Below, piece by piece: positions 50,646 through 52,082 of a DNA stretch of 52,082 bases. The notes under the pieces are model-generated. The model did no database searches and had not been told where the DNA came from. It saw only the letters and a list, made by a program, of their open reading frames with translations. Within the stretch, counting starts at the first letter, position 1; the number at the start of each line of letters is the position of its first letter. Both the position numbers and the translations under genes were made by a program. The stretch comes from a virus. Location: IMG/VR virus record IMGVR_UViG_3300045988_090625; one strand, written 5' to 3'.

Positions 50646-50833
50646 TGTTTAACAAAATTGATGAATTAAGGGAAGAAGCAATGGAAGCAGAAAAATATTC
50701 TTGTGACGATTCTTTATGTAAATTTGCAGGAACAGAATATTGTATTAAGGAATCTTGTGGTACTTGTAAATTACATGGTTGTAGAGGATGTAAACATTTT
50801 GAAGAGTGCATAAAAGAAGGGCTATTAAATTGA
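50645..50833 (+). CDS. Small Cys-rich protein
   Basis: 62 aa from ATG 50645 (AAAGGAGGA RBS, TAATG coupling); 8 Cys incl. 'CGTCKLHGCRGCKHFEEC'. Confidence 0.6.
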   Translation: MFNKIDELREEAMEAEKYSCDDSLCKFAGTEYCIKESCGTCKLHGCRGCKHFEECIKEGLLN

Positions 50834-50846
50834 TGAATGAATTAAA

Positions 50847-50873
50847 GGATGCAGAAATGCATCCTATTTTTTA
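50847..50873 (+). terminator. Intrinsic terminator (GAAA tetraloop)
   Basis: GGATGCA-GAAA-TGCATCC followed by TATTTTTT. Confidence 0.85.
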
Positions 50874-50896
50874 TTTAAAAATATTTCATTTTGTTA

Positions 50897-50928
50897 TTGA
50901 CAAAACAAAACATAAGTAGTATTATAAT
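50897..50928 (+). promoter_or_regulatory. Sigma70-like promoter
   Basis: TTGACA 50897-50902, N17, TATTATAAT 50920-50928. Confidence 0.65.
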
Positions 50929-50972
50929 ATCAACAAGTAAAACAAAGCAAACATAAAGGAAGGAAAAACAAA

Positions 50973-51215
50973 ATGAAAACATTAGCATTACAGAAAATTA
51001 TCGAAAGAAGAAATTTTTTATTAGGAAGAATCGCACATAGAGTTGAACAGTTGTGGAAAAGTGAAATAGATGTAGAGGACTTTGCAATATATTATAGAGC
51101 CTATAAATCAGAATTTAAAGGTTATATAGATAGTATGAGAGATATGGAAATCATAACAAATGAAGATAGAGAAAGGTTATATGATAGTTTCATTGAGGAA
51201 ATAGATAATATCTAA
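50973..51215 (+). CDS. Hypothetical protein (single-gene unit)
   Basis: 80-aa ORF with its own promoter and terminator; AAGGAAGGA RBS. Confidence 0.65.
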   Translation: MKTLALQKIIERRNFLLGRIAHRVEQLWKSEIDVEDFAIYYRAYKSEFKGYIDSMRDMEIITNEDRERLYDSFIEEIDNI

Positions 51216-51223
51216 TAAGATTT

Positions 51224-51250
51224 AGGAAGTCGAAAGGCTTCCTTTTCTTT
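51224..51250 (+). terminator. Intrinsic terminator (GAAA tetraloop)
   Basis: AGGAAGTC-GAAA-GGCTTCCT followed by TTTCTTT. Confidence 0.8.
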
Positions 51251-51359
51251 ATAAGGCTTTAAATAGCATAATAAGGTGTTTATTTATCCATTTAATAAAA
51301 TTGTATATTGAATGCATTGAAACGTCTTAAATCGTAAAATATGAGGTTATAAAGGTATT

Positions 51360-51953
51360 ATGAAAAAGTTCAAAGGAAAAACATTTGAAGAATATAAAAT
51401 GTACGCACAAAAGCGTAGGTCAAAAAGCAAAATATGTACCATTATGGATAAAGAAATAAAAGCATACAGAAATAGGTATAATGATGTGCCATTATTAAAT
51501 GGTAGCATAATGAGTGACAGTGCAAACAATCCATATTTGTATATGTGTACAATCGGTGATGGATTTGTAGAAGATGGCAAAACATATATGACAGGAAATT
51601 ATTATACAATCTATATGTATTCTGGTGTAAAAGGTGTAACAATATACAAGGCACTAAGCAAGTCAATAAATCAACGGTGCTTTGTTTGTGGTAATAGTCC
51701 AGAGATATTTGGCTATAATCATTTTAGTGCAGGATGCAGGGTATATGAAGAAATGGAAGTATCGGAAGTAGTAACAAAGTTATGCAATAAAAATTGGATT
51801 GAATATTATAATGTGCAGAAGAACAAACCAAACATAATGTTTTTGAAACAAATGAAACAAAGGCTAATAAAGATTTTAGAATATAACAAAATAATATATC
51901 GAAAACAAAATGGAAAATATGAAGATTATAAATATTATGGCTTAATAAAATAA
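51360..51953 (+). CDS. Hypothetical Tyr/Lys/Asn-rich protein
   Basis: 197-aa ORF. No TTGACA-type promoter in the 109-nt upstream gap; weak RBS; 'CFVCGNSPEIFGYNHF' is the only motif-like element. Confidence 0.55.
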   Translation: MKKFKGKTFEEYKMYAQKRRSKSKICTIMDKEIKAYRNRYNDVPLLNGSIMSDSANNPYLYMCTIGDGFVEDGKTYMTGNYYTIYMYSGVKGVTIYKALSKSINQRCFVCGNSPEIFGYNHFSAGCRVYEEMEVSEVVTKLCNKNWIEYYNVQKNKPNIMFLKQMKQRLIKILEYNKIIYRKQNGKYEDYKYYGLIK

Positions 51954-51958
51954 AAGTG

Positions 51959-51987
51959 TTGACATAAAAACATAAATAATATATAAT
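51959..51987 (+). promoter_or_regulatory. Sigma70-like consensus promoter firing into the terminal repeat
   Basis: TTGACA 51959-51964, N17, TATAAT 51982-51987; the terminal repeat starts 2 nt later. Confidence 0.65.
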
Positions 51988-51988
51988 C

Positions 51989-52082
51989 AAAACAAAGAAT
52001 AAGATAAACAGCATGTGGAGTGGACGCTTAGGACGCAAACAGGCAAGGTGCAAAAATTTATTTAAAACAAAATAAAACAAAA
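51989..52082. repeat. Right copy of 94-bp terminal direct repeat
   Basis: Identical to 1-94 by direct reading. Confidence 0.95.

Noticed and set aside
1-52082. Looked for CRISPR arrays, a DGR (reverse transcriptase plus template/variable repeats), inteins or introns in terL/dnaE, transposases and recoded stop codons
   Set aside because: I saw no spaced direct-repeat array and no RT motif (YxDD context). terL and dnaE motifs are contiguous. I recognised no transposase or integrase. ORFs end normally at TAA, TAG and TGA.

Overview
The window is one complete tailed-phage genome. Bases 1-94 are identical to 51989-52082, so the unique length is 51,988 bp. It is visibly AT-rich with a purine-rich + strand, a low-GC Firmicutes style (composition not computed). 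Every credible gene is on the + strand; the minus-strand ORFs in the track look like antisense shadows.

Gene order:
- 1-8.2 kb: early genes, including an AAA+ ATPase, a PD-(D/E)XK-like nuclease, an acidic HeH/SAP protein and RNase HI.
- 8.4-13.6 kb: putative terS, a ParB-like nuclease, a GT-A-like glycosyltransferase, four small single-promoter genes, two tRNAs (Gln-UUG and a weaker Ile-UAU) and terL.
- 13.7-17.9 kb: a tail-fibre plus lysis block (fibre, membrane coiled-coil protein, LL-H-type holin, amidase with six wall-binding repeats). It sits between terL and the portal gene, which is unusual.
- 18.0-33.4 kb: portal, MuF, scaffold, decoration protein, lambda-E-type capsid, connectors, tail tube, chaperone pair, tape measure, Dit, Tal and fibre.
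- 33.4-34.1 kb: three small genes ending in a sigma-70 region-4-like regulator.
- 34.2-36.9 kb: five orphan genes between strong terminators, encoding Q-rich, Gly/Trp-rich membrane, Cys-rich and possibly ferritin-like proteins.
- 37-51 kb: small early genes and the replication/recombination module (DnaG-type primase, gp32-like SSB, DnaE-type polymerase, RecA-like ATPase, Cas4-like nuclease, HsdM-like protein lacking the NPPF motif, RuvC-like resolvase).

I saw no integrase, repressor, replicative helicase, CRISPR array or reverse transcriptase.

About twenty near-consensus promoters (TTGACA-N17-TATTATAAT) and about ten intrinsic terminators are readable. Several terminators have GAAA tetraloops.

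Most notable regulatory features:
- -35 boxes buried inside hairpins.
- A 14-bp perfect inverted repeat around one promoter.
- Promoter-leader-terminator units in front of terS and terL.
- A 3 x 10-bp iteron in an ORF-free gap.
- A GC-rich island between tandem promoters inside the terminal repeat.

All functional calls rest on motifs I recognise by eye. No database search was run.
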